Shown: piece by piece, positions 36,973 to 48,800 of the stretch | How the letters are laid out: every line of letters starts with the position of its first letter | How positions within the stretch are numbered: position 1 is the first letter of the stretch | Source of the DNA: Monocercomonoides exilis PA203 | Taxonomy: Eukaryota; Protista; Preaxostyla | DNA: 64,000 bases | Direction: 5' to 3' | Assembly: GCA_001643675.2 (NCBI GenBank) | Contig: LSRY02000003.1 | Coordinates: forward strand, 992,001-1,056,000 | The notes under the pieces: model-generated | Told to the model about the DNA's origin: nothing | Databases searched by the model: none | Seen by the model: the letters and a program-made list of their open reading frames with translations, nothing else | Made by a program: the position numbers and the translations under genes

Positions 36973-39313
36973 ATGACAAACCCCCAAACAGACTCTGACA
37001 ACGTAATCCAACAACTAATTGATTCAATTTCAACAGAACAGCAAACGCTTGGAGAACGAATGAAAGATCACCTTGTTAACTTGTTCGACTACAAGAAATA
37101 CTCTGACAAGAAGCAGGGCCAACGACACACTGGAACAGCTGTCGATATCAGGAAATGTGAGGATTTTTGTGTCGTTGATGTTGATATCAACAAATCCCTT
37201 CAAACTGAACAAACGAAAACCATCAGGAATTCCATTCTCGAGAAACTCCCCCGAAACGTCGGACTTGCACAAACAGCTCATGGTGGTCTTCACATTTATT
37301 GTGAGCTATGTGGTTATCCCCTCAAATGTTCATCACAAACGAAAGTGTTCACGAGTCCAGAGAACGATATCGACATTTTGTAGGTATTGGAGATGGAAAA
37401 CAGAGGCTTGTTGTTCAAGCTGACTCTTCATTCAGAGAGATGAAAGATGGCAAGAGAATCATCACCAAATACATTCCCCTCAACAATTACAGACAGCTCA
37501 CAGATCTTTCATCACTCGAGAGTGTTCTTGACGTTTTCGGCATTGACCTCAAAACAGAGAATACATCAGCGACAATAGCAGCTGAACCACACAATCTTCT
37601 CACACAAGATGGTGTGGTTGATATGTCTCCAACTGTCGCTCTTGCTCTTGTCGATGGACTCAAAGATGTTGAAATACATAACGACACAGGTTCTTTGTCA
37701 TTTGATTCTGAGTTAACTCTTTTACCGTTGTTTGCAGCTCTCAACTCTCTCTTCAACATTAACGGTTTCGACAACCAATCGATTGATTTTCTGTACAATC
37801 AAATCAGAGAGACAGCTGCTCTAACAGCAAATGCAATCACTCACTTTGAAGAGAAACGAAACAGGTTCAGAGATAACAAGTCGCATCCATTTGTTCTTTA
37901 AAAGATTGTCAAGAAATGGAATCCAACATATTACAACGATGTGATTATTCCACTCCTCAGAAAAGAGAATGAGCAAAAGGAAGAACCTCCACGAGAGATT
38001 ACTGTTCATGAAATAGATCTCAACTCATCGTTCTCATTCTGTGAAATTAGGGATCAAGCTTGTCGAAAGCAATACTCCTCACTGTCTGAAGTCGCTGAAG
38101 ATCTCACAAAAGTTTTAATGTTTGTCGAAGCAAGGATGGAATTCATTGTGAAAGAGTTTGATATTCACACCTCTTGTTATTCAATTACATTCAAGACAAA
38201 ATTAGCAATGTCCGAACTGTTCAAAACAATAAAACTCTGGCATGATGATAAAAAGACTCTCACAGTTGAGACAGCTTTCATACAATACTCTCATGTTCTA
38301 TCGATTGATAGGGTGAAGTTCTTTTCAGATTACACTCGGATATTCTCTCTGTTCCATGGGTTCAAATACCAAATGGAAAACGAACAAAATGACGAAATCA
38401 TCAAACCATTCCTCGATTTCACACGAGAAGTTATCGCCAACAACAACGAAGAACTCTATCAATACATCCTCTGTTGGATTTCGTCAATTGTTCAAAATCC
38501 TGGTAAAAAAGCAGAAACATCACTTGTTCTCAAAGGTTTGCAAGGTATTGGAAAGAACGTCTGGACAAATGTACTTGCTGAACTGTTGGCAGGACATTCA
38601 TGTTCAAATGTCACAGAGATTGCAGAACTGTCAGGACAGTTCAACTCCATCGTCGAAGGGAAAATGCTGATTGTTCTTAACGAATTGAAGAATGTTGGAG
38701 ATGATCGAACAGCTAACTTTGATGCGTTGAAGAGTATAATCACGGATTCAACAATCAGAATCAACGAGAAGAATTAGCCAAGAAGAACAGCTGAGAACGT
38801 TGCAAATTTCATATTTGTGACAAATCACACATTCACGGTTAATATTGAGATTGGTGACAGAAGATATGTTGTTAGTTATTGCAACTCAAAATAGAAAAAC
38901 AATCTCATATTCTTCAAGGATTTCACAAGCTCTTTCGACAATGAATTCTATGAACAACTTCTCTGTTATTTCCTCAGCAAAGATCTCTCCAATTTTAACA
39001 CAAGAGCTATTTCAACAACGGAGGCGAACGAAGATATCATTGCAGCATCACTCTCTATCATCGATGTGTTCTGTCAGGAGCATTTCAATAAACTCAAAGA
39101 ATGTGGAGATGTTCTGAAGCACTATGTTTCAGACCAGTTGAATACAAGAACGATCGCTCATTCCAACTAGCAATTATAGACAGATGTGAGCACAAGAGAA
39201 TGGGTGGAAGAGATGGCCGAGTGTGGTGTTATAAACTCAAGCCAGAGTATGAACAACTCCTCAGACGACGAGAAAATGAAGATGACATGGACTGTTCTGT
39301 GGAAATCAACTAA
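36973..39313 (+). pseudogene. Fused primase-polymerase (Prim-Pol, AEP) + SF3/D5-like helicase (DUF5906-like), ~780 aa, disrupted
   Basis: AEP motifs FCVVDVDIN and AQTAHGGLHIYC. Walker A KGLQGIGKN, Walker B LIVLNE, motif C NFIFVTNH, Arg finger GDRRY. Frameshifts at ~37378 and ~39100; in-frame stops at 37899, 38775 and ~38892. Confidence 0.88.
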
Positions 39314-39917
39314 ACATATTCGTTTTTATGGAATCATTAATACATATACTATACAACTTGTGTGCCACTAACAATATAAATAATGTGTAACATCAACGAT
39401 TCCATGTAGCAATGTGGCAAGATGACAACATTATCGAAAATAAATAAAAACACTCAAAATTATAGCAAATTTGGGGTAAAATGCCCATGTTGGCAGAAAT
39501 GGCATGTTGGCAGCTCTTTTCAGATGAAATCTGGAGATCATGGACACCTGGACACCTGGACACGCTTCCAGCACGGAGATTTTAGTCAATATTTCCCTTC
39601 CGCTGAGTCTCAGATATTGCCACAATTTGGTATCCTGGACACCGATTTACACTTTTTCCGAGTAAATACACCAAAACAACACCCAAATCAAGTGAAAAAC
39701 ATCAATGTGGCAATCCACCATACTGCCATTTGTTCAAAAAATATTGATGTTGGCAATCCACCACAATGTCATCGTGACTACTGTTTGATACGGAGACAAA
39801 GTCTCCTTGAGCAACTTCGGTGCATAGCACCTCAAGCAGACTTCGTCTGCGTTCGTTGCGATTCAACTAACGGTACAACGAACGAGTGTGGTCTGTTATA
39901 TTTCATCAATTTGCTCA

Positions 39918-40169
39918 TTACCTGACCAGCTTAACCTGTCCACCCTGTGCATGCAAATAACCATTAACTTTTTCCATCAACTCATCTAACAACTCATCTC
40001 TTTCGATAAGCTTTCTCCTCAATATCTTAATCAACTTCTTCTGTTTCTCAGATACATGTTCGTTGTAATACTTAGTTTCTTCTTTTCGTTTTTCCTGAAA
40101 CTGTTTAATTTGTTTCTGTTGAGCCTCTTTAGCTTCTTCCACAGTTGCGTATATCTTCTTCCGACCCAT
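39918..40169 (-). CDS. Second identical copy of the 83-aa basic protein (right TIR)
   Basis: Translation identical to 35815-36066. Confidence 0.65.
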   Translation of the reverse strand: MGRKKIYATVEEAKEAQQKQIKQFQEKRKEETKYYNEHVSEKQKKLIKILRRKLIERDELLDELMEKVNGYLHAQGGQVKLVR

Positions 40170-41399
40170 TTGCTATAAAACAAAAAACAAAATCAATTAT
40201 TTTTATTTACGATTTCACTCATGATCACACCAACGATTTCATCAACGATCAACAAACACATTCAACACATATACCTGTTATTACAAACTCATGTATTTCA
40301 TCAACGATAGTATCAATTTTCACACAATTTCACCATTAATTTACCAACTTGAACACTTTCGGTTAATGTTTTAGCTAATTCTCCTCCTAGGAGATATGGT
40401 ATATCAGCTATAGATACATATCGATTACACCAATCAATACCCCTTCTTTATAGAACATCACTGAAAATCTAATCATGATAAACCCCTAAGAGTACCAGTC
40501 TAAACCCCCGATCTCTATCTTATTATCATTTCCTATTCAACTTAATATACAAGATGATAACACCCACCAGATATTCATAAATCGATAATATTGATTGACC
40601 TAATCGAGATGGATCTATAGCTGATATACCATATCTCTATTATTCTGGTAAAAAATTTTCAAAAAATTTCAAAAAAATAAAAAATAAAGAATAAAAAATA
40701 AAAAAAAAGAAAGTAACAGTAAAATTTAGGTAATACTGATATATTCACGAATTGCAAAATTCGGGAAAAAACAATCATATCAATCTTTTCGACAAATGAA
40801 TATTTTCTCGACAGACAAATTGCACGCAAAAAAATTGTGTCGCAGAGGCCTAGTTTATTCCAGATAACACCAGTTTATTCGAACCAAAAAAGTATATTCC
40901 AAAAAGACCAAGTATGTTATAATTAATCCCTCAACAAAAATTTTTATGATCCTTTTTGTCAATTCGAATGAACTAAAAAATCAGAATATTTTTTGATAAA
41001 AAGATATTATTAACACATGAATGTTTAATCCGAAAAATTTTGTCTGACAGTTATGGTCCAAAATAAAAAAATGATAATCTGAAAATTCATTCCAAAGGAT
41101 TGGAGATCGAATGGAATGGCAATTAATTCTACAAAACCTAAAAGACAATATTTATCGAAAAATGAATAGAACTAATGAAATGCAATATTTGAGGGGTTTC
41201 ACTCAATAAAAGAAGAAGCGTTAAGAAAGCGAGGTAAGGAAGCTCTATCTATCAAATTATTCTGAGAAAAGAATCAATGTTTTGAATTTAAACCAATATT
41301 CAAAGTTGTTTACGAAAAAAAGACATCTTCTCGTAAATTTTCAAATATGAAAATATGTATTGGAACAGAAAACTGCAAAGGAGAGAGCTCGCCTGCTTG

Positions 41400-42700
41400 A
41401 GTTTTCAATTTCTTCACGGTCACTTGCTGGTTCAAGTAATGGTTTGTTGTGTTGTGATATTGTTCCAGTCACATTCAAAATGAGGAACCTCCTATTTATT
41501 TCGTGTTCAGCAGTTTTATATGGCGGAGGGATGAGATTTTATCCTGTTCAATCAGAAGCTCCAAGCACAATCATTATTGTTATTTCTTCTTCTTCCACGA
41601 TTGCAGATGCACAACAACTTCCACTCCATATGGCCATGATGTGTATTTGGAAGATTATAACAATCTCTTTTCGCCGAACAACCCGTTCTACAAATCGTAC
41701 ACAACGAATACAAATGATACGAGAGTGTGTTATAGATATGTGCAATCAAGCAGTTGGACGTATCAGCATAAAGAAAAGAAGGATTGGCTGAAAGAAAGGA
41801 TGAAAGATCGGTTTGTTGGAGTGGGTGGGGATGACGCAAGTGATCTGTGTGGTATGAGTGAGGCAACACCTTGCAAAACTGTAGGGAATGCAGTGGAATC
41901 GAGCATATTGGGACTGAGCTCGACAATCACATTGCTTGATGGGAGGCATGGGAACGAAGTAGAGTCAATCATTGTTGGGGAAAAGAAGATTTCAGTTTTG
42001 GGGAAAGGGAAGACAGTGAGTGTGATTGGAACGAGTGCACTTTCTTCGCCTGCAGCTACTCCGTTCAGCATATCTATTGGCCAACTGGAGGTGGGGCATG
42101 TGGGGATCGACCACGACGCAGCAAGAAGCTCATCGCCGAGTGTGTTAATGGTTTCGCTCTTTAATGAGCTGAGAACGCATCGCAGACGAGCACAGCCATC
42201 TTGCGCCAATTCAAGCAGCGTTCTCACTCCCTCGTGCAGCATGCCATCCTCTATATCCATCTTCACAGCCTCTTTCTGATTGCATGGGCAGCTTGTTGGC
42301 TGAATTGGATAATACAGACACTTCTCTATCATCAGCCAGAGATTGAAGACCTTTCTCTTTTCAGACATAACAGATTCCTCTATTTTCATATAAACCATAC
42401 TGTTTCTCTCCCTCCCACTCTTCTTCTTATTCTTCTTTATTGTCATCTTTGTTATTATTGGCCACCTCGAACATTTATTTTTTGGTTGCCATTTCTTTCA
42501 AAATGTTGAATATACAGGAAATACAGGGAATTTTTCGAGTTCAGGAGAATGCAGATAACAGACGATGTGGCGAATTTATTCACTTGGTGTGAGTAGAATG
42601 GCTCAAAGACAACTAGAACAACTAGTTCGTGTTCAAACGGAGTTTCGAGTGGAGGTGCGATTAGCGTACACATATGAACTGTCATCGAAAACCCTTTCAG
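41400..42700 (+). pseudogene. Fragments of the beta-helix surface-protein family carried in element B
   Basis: GHDVY...NPF...RVC...DWL...VGVGGDD..LCG..E.TPCKTV module, homologous to the module at ~10270-10500. A separate N-terminal fragment at ~42560-42690 (NLFTWCE*NG...GVSSGGAI) is homologous to 50290-50400. Confidence 0.75.
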
Positions 42701-43260
42701 TGAAACATTATTCACCCAATTTTATTTACGCAAGCAAATGGATATTGTTTTTGGTTTTTTTTCATGTTTGATCATAAGTGTGAAGAATAGATAGAAAGAA
42801 TAACAAAAAAGAATTAGCAAACATTTTGAAATGATCAATTCTATTTTGTTACTAACTGTAAGTCAATTTTTGATTGCTTTTATTTGTTGCAAATTGAAGA
42901 ATATTTTATATCATCATTCATTTAAAATAACATTTCAAAAATTTTTGATCATAAAACATTTTAAACAAATCTTATCAATTAAATAGTTTTTTCAAAAATA
43001 TAAGTGAGATTTATTAACGCATTAATGCTGTTTAAGAAAGTGATTCAAGTGAATTTTTTTGAATACCACAATAAATTTTCTTTGAAAAAAGTTTTTCCGA
43101 AAAGACAGAGTTTATTCCAATTAAATATTTTTATTCCAATAAAAATAATTTATTCCGAATAAACTTTGCTTATTTGAATAACTTATTATTATTCGAATAA
43201 AACCTTAATATTCTCATTGTATCTAATGACCCTTATAATAATCTATTTAAAATATTTTTA

Positions 43261-46200
43261 TTATATATTTTTTTCAAAAAGTGCTCTGGAGAGCCAGATA
43301 TTTTTCTCCCCGATTTATTTTTGGCATAATGAAACTTGAAGGACATCAATGAAACCTTATAATATTCATAAATTTTTATTAATCTGTTCTTTCAGTTTTT
43401 ATTTTAATTGATGATAGTTTATATGTTTGAAACAAATGGATAAATAGTCAATGAAGTTTTTCAAAAGTCGAAAAATAGCCTAAACTTAGAGAGTTATAAA
43501 CACACTCAAGTTTTTATCCTCAAATTTTGTCTCTTTTTTGTAATATGTGCATTCATTCGTTTGGTGTCTTTGCAAAAATACTCTTTTTTTATTCTGAAAA
43601 GTCTTATTTCGAGAGAATTATTAATTTGAAAATTTAAGATCAAAGTGATCATTGGATCAATATTTTTTGTTTAATAAATTTTCTTACTCAATTTAAAGTT
43701 CTTATGTAATTTTTTTCATGCTTTCATAACAAAGGGATTATAATAATCTAAAATAACTTCAATTTTTTCTTGGAGTGATAAAATTGTGAAAAATAACTGA
43801 TGTGCTTTTAGTTGCAGTATGCCTTATTTTTGAGTACCGATAAATTATTGAACATATCAACAGAAAAATAATAGTGTAATCTTTTCATTTGATAAACATG
43901 AAAAAATGACTTGAGAAAAACAACCAAAATAAATATTGCTATTTTTTTTTTAAATCTGAATATGTGAAAAATTAACAAAATTGTTTTTCCTGTTATGATT
44001 TTTTTATCCATATGGCTGATGCTTTCTGTAATCGAACTTTTGTTCGAGTTTTGATCAAAATTTTAATCTCTATGGGATTTTTGAAGATTTATGTTTCTGC
44101 AATAACAACATCATAAACGACGTGTATTATCAGTTTAGTTCATTTTTTCTGTTACACACATTTATTGTGAAAGAAATAATACTTGAGTCAAAGAATTATT
44201 TCAGGAGTTTCTGCATTGAAATAAAAGGAAATCTTTCATGTTCATAACAGGAAAACCAAAAGTGATTCATTTTTTCATGATTATTCTGCATTCATTTGTA
44301 TTTATAAATCATTTTGTTTTGATCAACTTTATTAAACATTTTCGAAACTATCTTTGAAAAAGTGGGTTGATCGAACATATCTAAGGCGTTAACTTTTGTT
44401 TCGATTCTTTTATCAGTTAATATTCCAAGTTGAGTATTAATTTGTTGTGGAATCTTCCCAATGATAAAAATTCACTTTTCATACGATCTTGGATTAAAGA
44501 AAACCATTTATTGAAACGGTTAGCATTTGTATTAAGGATGTGTTGATCTGTTGTTTTGTCGATCAAAAAATATCAAGAAATATGTTCTTTATCATTCTGA
44601 CTTTAACTTTGGCAATTTCACAAGCAGTGAATGCAGAAGTGCAATATGAAGTCTATGTGAAGCAAAGTGGAGATGACAACAAAAATGGAACAGGAGTGAG
44701 CAAGGAAAGGAAATCATTGAAAAGTTCATATGATCTGCTTAGAGATGATAAAACATGCAAGATCTATGTTGTGAATGATGTAGATGCACTCACAGCAGAG
44801 GTTGTGACTTTCAACAAGAGCAAAGGAATTACTGTTGAAGGAATAAATAGTAATGGTCATGGAAACGCAATGGTATCAGTTCAGTGTGACGTTCATCCGA
44901 AAACGAATTTATTCACTTGCTATGAAACTCTAGACATTTTTTATCTTGAATTCTATTTCCCCTCAACTTTTGAAGACAAATATTCAGTCTTTAATGGACA
45001 TTCACTAATTCATGCTTGTGACAATTCCAAGTTAACTATTAAAAATATCAAATTCGTTCGTCCACAAGAAACAACGCAAGAAATTGACATTATCCTTGTC
45101 TATTCCTCTGGAAATTCAGTCATATTTGAAAACGTTGAATGCACCGATGATAATAATAATGTGAAATTTGTCAGATCCTGTTTTGCTTTATACGCAAAAT
45201 CAATAATTCTATCAAATCTTTCACTAAAAAAAATGGAATCACTGGCAGCTCAAGTTATAAAAATTCGTGATAGCGATAATAGCAGTACAGATGTTACTCT
45301 GAATGCTTGTTCTTTGAATGAATGCAAAGTGGACATTTTTGGAGTTCTTGACGTTGAATTCAAAAATAACAAAAGCACATTTTCAATAGAAGATAAAGGA
45401 ATTACTAAATTTTTTTCTTGTTACGTTTTCAGTTCTGAATATTCTGCAGCCATATGTTTACGTTTTCAAAATATTATTTCTGGCGATCAACTTAAATGGC
45501 CAAAGGATGGAAGAAACCTTTTATTTTTCAATTGCACTTCAGAAATGGGAGGATGTCAGAGAAATGCAGAAATTGACCTCAGATTGGACAATTCAGCCTT
45601 TATTGAACCAATTGCACTTGCAATGAAGAAAAGCTTTGCAGCAAATTATACTCGAGAACGAAATCTGTGGTGTGTAACAACTTACAGAGAAAATGACATC
45701 CTTGTTGATGTTGTTGGGAAATATATCGATCCAATTGTTCCACTGAGAGAAAATGTCACAACAATGTATGTTGAGGAGGGGGGAAATAAAAATGGATTGA
45801 CAGTTGAAACGTCAGCAAATTCTTTAAAAAGAACATACGAAGACTTAACGGATTCAGGAAGTTCTGATTCATACACGATAAAAATTTTGAAGGGAAAAAT
45901 ACCATTAAAAGCAGAAATGGTTAGATTTCATAAATGCAATGAAATCACCATTGAAGGATTTAACGACAATGGAAAAGGAAATTCAATAATTGACATTGAA
46001 TTAGGCGTTTTTGATTCCTTATTTCTATTCAATTACTGGCATAAACTTGAATTGAAACACTTAGCATTTATTATTAGAACTCCTTCGAGCGAAATATGTG
46101 AAATCATTTATAATTTATATGTTATTTATGGAAATGGTGATTTGATAATTGACAATTGCAACTTTATAAAAAAAAAAATGTGGAAGGAATATTGGATATC

Positions 46201-48756
46201 ACTCTCATAAAAGCCTCTGGGAATTTATTGTCAATGAATTCAGTTGAATGCATGGAAGTTGACACCATTTATTCTTTTGACCATTTATTCGACATGAGAG
46301 TTGATTCGATTTTGTTGAATAATGTATCAATGAATAATTTGGAATCAAAAAATGGACCTATTTTCTATATCCAAACGAATTCGTTCGAAACAAATGTCGT
46401 TTTAAATAGAAGCACATTCATAAAATGCAAATCTGAATCTTTCGGAGTCATTCTCTTTGAAATGCGATACGCAAGTTCAATTAAAATTGTGGACGGTGGC
46501 GTTACCAGTTTTTCTTCGTGTTGCTGTAGTGGTGATTTTTGTTCAGCGGGGATCTATTTGAAGATACCATATATTCTTTCAGCAGAGCAGTTTGTCTGGC
46601 CCAAAAACGGAAGGAATTTGATTTTTGAAAACTGCACATGTGGAAAAGGAGAGACAAAGAGAAACACAGGACTCTACATATCGATGGGCAATAGTTCGTT
46701 ATTTGAGGAAATGGCAATTGAAATGAAAAAAAGTTTTGCAATGAAATACACACTCAAAAAGGATCAATGGCTTGTAGTTGGCAGAGAAACCAATGGAAGT
46801 GAATTTGATTTTGTTGAGATGTTTTTTTCCCGAATAAAGATTATGTATGTTAGAAGTGATGGATTAGGTGACGGATGCGAAGTTGACAATCCATCCGGTT
46901 CGTTGAGTGCTGCCTTAAATAAACTGTGTGCAATTGACAGTCCATTTGGATATGGTATTAAAATTTTACATAACGTAAATCCTTTGGTGGTGTCTCCTAT
47001 TTCCTTAGGCCATGACTTAGGACTAATGATTGAAGGAGTCAATTGCAGTGGAGAGAACAATACAGAAGTTGTTATAAACTGTGATGGATCTATTTCAACT
47101 GTTTTATTCTCTTGTCAAAAATCCCTAGAATTTAAGTATCTTGCTTTTCAATTCTCAGCAACAAAAAGGAATTGGAACTCATTGATCAGTGCTGGATCAG
47201 GTTCAATTTCATTGACAATATCAACATGTCGATTTGTCAGAATTGGATCACAAGCAAAAAGAGGAAAGATATCAAATGATGATGGAAACAGCCCCTTGAC
47301 AAGCAGTCTTGTGAGCGTGACATCTGGTAGTGTGGAAATGGACACAGTGAAATGCACAGATGAAACCTCATTTGTGGCATTCTCATCATCACCATTTTCA
47401 TTTTCTGGAGCCCGTGAAGTGTCATTGAGTGGAATGGACATCAGCAAAGTGAATGTGGAAAGTGGAGCAGTAATCAGCATCAATGATGGGAGCGATTCAT
47501 ATTCGAAGGTTTCAATCGAAGGATTGAATGTTTTGGAAGTGAAATCGGAGAAAGGAGCAGCAGCAGGGTTGGATATCACCCTCAGTTCAAAAGAATCAAG
47601 AGTGGCCATTGGAAGGTCAAGCAAATGCTCATTCAAGTCGTGTTCAGCACCAGAAGGGAAATCAGGAGCAATATTTATTGACATGCCCAAGGCAACATCG
47701 AATCTTCAGCTTCCTTCTGCTAACAATCTGGAGATAGACAGCTCAAACACAGCTGGCTCAGAATCAACTTCTCTGTTCATTATCGCGCCAGATTTTGACG
47801 AGTTCTGCAAACAAGAAGATGCCTTTGAGTTTGCAAATGATTACGATGATTCCGCTGTTGGGTGGGTGGAGGGAACAAAAGATGCAGATACAGAGCCTGA
47901 GGATGTGTATGAGAAGTACATCAAGGGAAAGAAGGATCCAGTGCCACATCCACAACCACAGCCCGAGCCTGTTCCAGAATCTGAATATTACACAGGAAAA
48001 AAAGATAAGTCGAAGACAAACTCAGGAGTGATTATTGTTGCAGTTATTGTGCCATTAATAGTTGTCATAGCAGTTGTGGTATTTGTTATTGTTATCTTAT
48101 ATAAAAAGAGGTCTGTGAATAAAGATAACAACGAAAAGGAACAAGAAATGAAGGATTCTTAGAAAACTATATTTTCACGATGAAACAAATGTTGTATTTC
48201 AATGTGTATTCATCATTTTTCAATTTTTTTATTTTTCCTATTGATTTTTTCATGTTTGATTTTTTTTATTCAGAAAAAATTCACAGTTAATCAAACATGG
48301 AGTTTTCTTTTTCATTTAATCATTTTTCTTTTTCTGGACACTTTTCTTTTTTGTCCTGCCCACAGCTTCACACAAGCCTGCGTGATATAAAAAATAATGG
48401 AAAATGTTAATTATGTTTAATGTTTCTAGTTGTGATTTTTTTTCGAATTTTCATGATTTCCCAAATGATCAAAGGTTATTATAACTTTATGTTTCGATCA
48501 TGGATTTACTGCTCTTCAAGTTTATATTCATCACCAAAAGTGAAATGCTACAAAAACATTATTCATCATTTCTTTCTGAGAAATCTACTTGTTTTTAACG
48601 TTGACAACTTCATTTTAAACCTTTTCATCTCAAATCACTTATTTTTCAAAAAAACAAAACTATTAAGATGGTGTCAATACTTTATCGTTGCCCAAAAAAT
48701 TAATCGGGACCAAAATTATCTGGCTCTCTAGAGCACTTTTGAAAAAAAATAAATAA
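43261..48756. repeat. ~70-bp imperfect inverted repeats flanking the 44582-48162 gene (possible old TIR element)
   Basis: TTTTTTTCAAAAAGTGCTCTGGAGAGCCAGATA...CCCGATT at 43268-43315 versus the reverse complement of 48700-48749. No TSD seen. Confidence 0.55.
44582..48162 (+). CDS. Type I surface protein with three ~380-aa beta-helix-like repeats; frameshift at A11 (46168-46178)
   Basis: Signal peptide MFFIILTLTLAISQAVNA. Repeats begin VYVKQSG / MYVEEGG / MYVRSDG and contain WPK(D/N)GRNL.F.NCT...MKKSFA. Pro-rich stalk, TM VIIVAVIVPLIVVIAVVVFVIVILY, short tail. The two ORFs join if the A run is 12 (or 9) nt. Confidence 0.8.
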
Positions 48757-48800
48757 CAGGGAACCTTCAAAATATTATAATATACTATTTCAGAAAATAT

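Larger units (their letters stand above)
35346..40638 (+). mobile_element. Virus/linear-plasmid-like (mini-Polinton/transpoviron-like) element with 1280-bp TIRs and 6-bp TSD
   Basis: TIRs 35346-36625 and 39359-40638 (mirror sum 75984; ORFs identical in both arms). Ends (T)GAGATATGG / CCATATCTCT. Flanks ATTATT at 35340-35345 and 40639-40644. Central Prim-Pol/helicase gene. Confidence 0.9.
32086..40852 (+). mobile_element. Non-autonomous hAT element with captured host gene fragments
   Basis: Ends TAAGCCAATGCGACA / TGTCGCAGAGGCCTA. 8-bp TSD GTATATTC/GTTTATTC (1 mismatch). Subterminal CGAC/GATCAGTCG repeats shared with the other two hAT copies. Confidence 0.82.
32019..43224. mobile_element. Unclassified TIR element B (AGAT...ATCT ends, ~105-bp imperfect TIRs, apparent 3-bp AAT duplication) inserted in the right TIR of element A
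   Basis: The left end AGATGGTATTGGAATAAG...TTCAAATAACCGAAGTATATTC (continuing at 40861 after the hAT) aligns with the reverse complement of 43120-43224. Periodic TTTATTC motifs. Flanks AAT|...|AAT. Confidence 0.65.
25217..43232. mobile_element. Long-TIR non-autonomous element A (TIRs ~25222-25636 / 31604-32018; last bases of the right TIR displaced to 43225-43232 by a nested insertion)
   Basis: ~415-bp virtually identical inverted repeats, same family as 48807-49236/51261-51690. The right end reconstitutes as ...GAAAAATAATGACCC, matching the family terminus GGGTCATTATTTTTC at 48801. No TSD found. Confidence 0.75.

Noticed and set aside
37899-38894. In-frame TAA/TAG in the Prim-Pol/helicase at Gln-plausible sites (VL*KI, EKN*PRR), suggesting a TAR=Gln code as in Streblomastix
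   Set aside because: The same gene has two frameshifts and many CAA/CAG Gln codons, and host genes here terminate with TAG (7280, 48160). Simple decay is more parsimonious.
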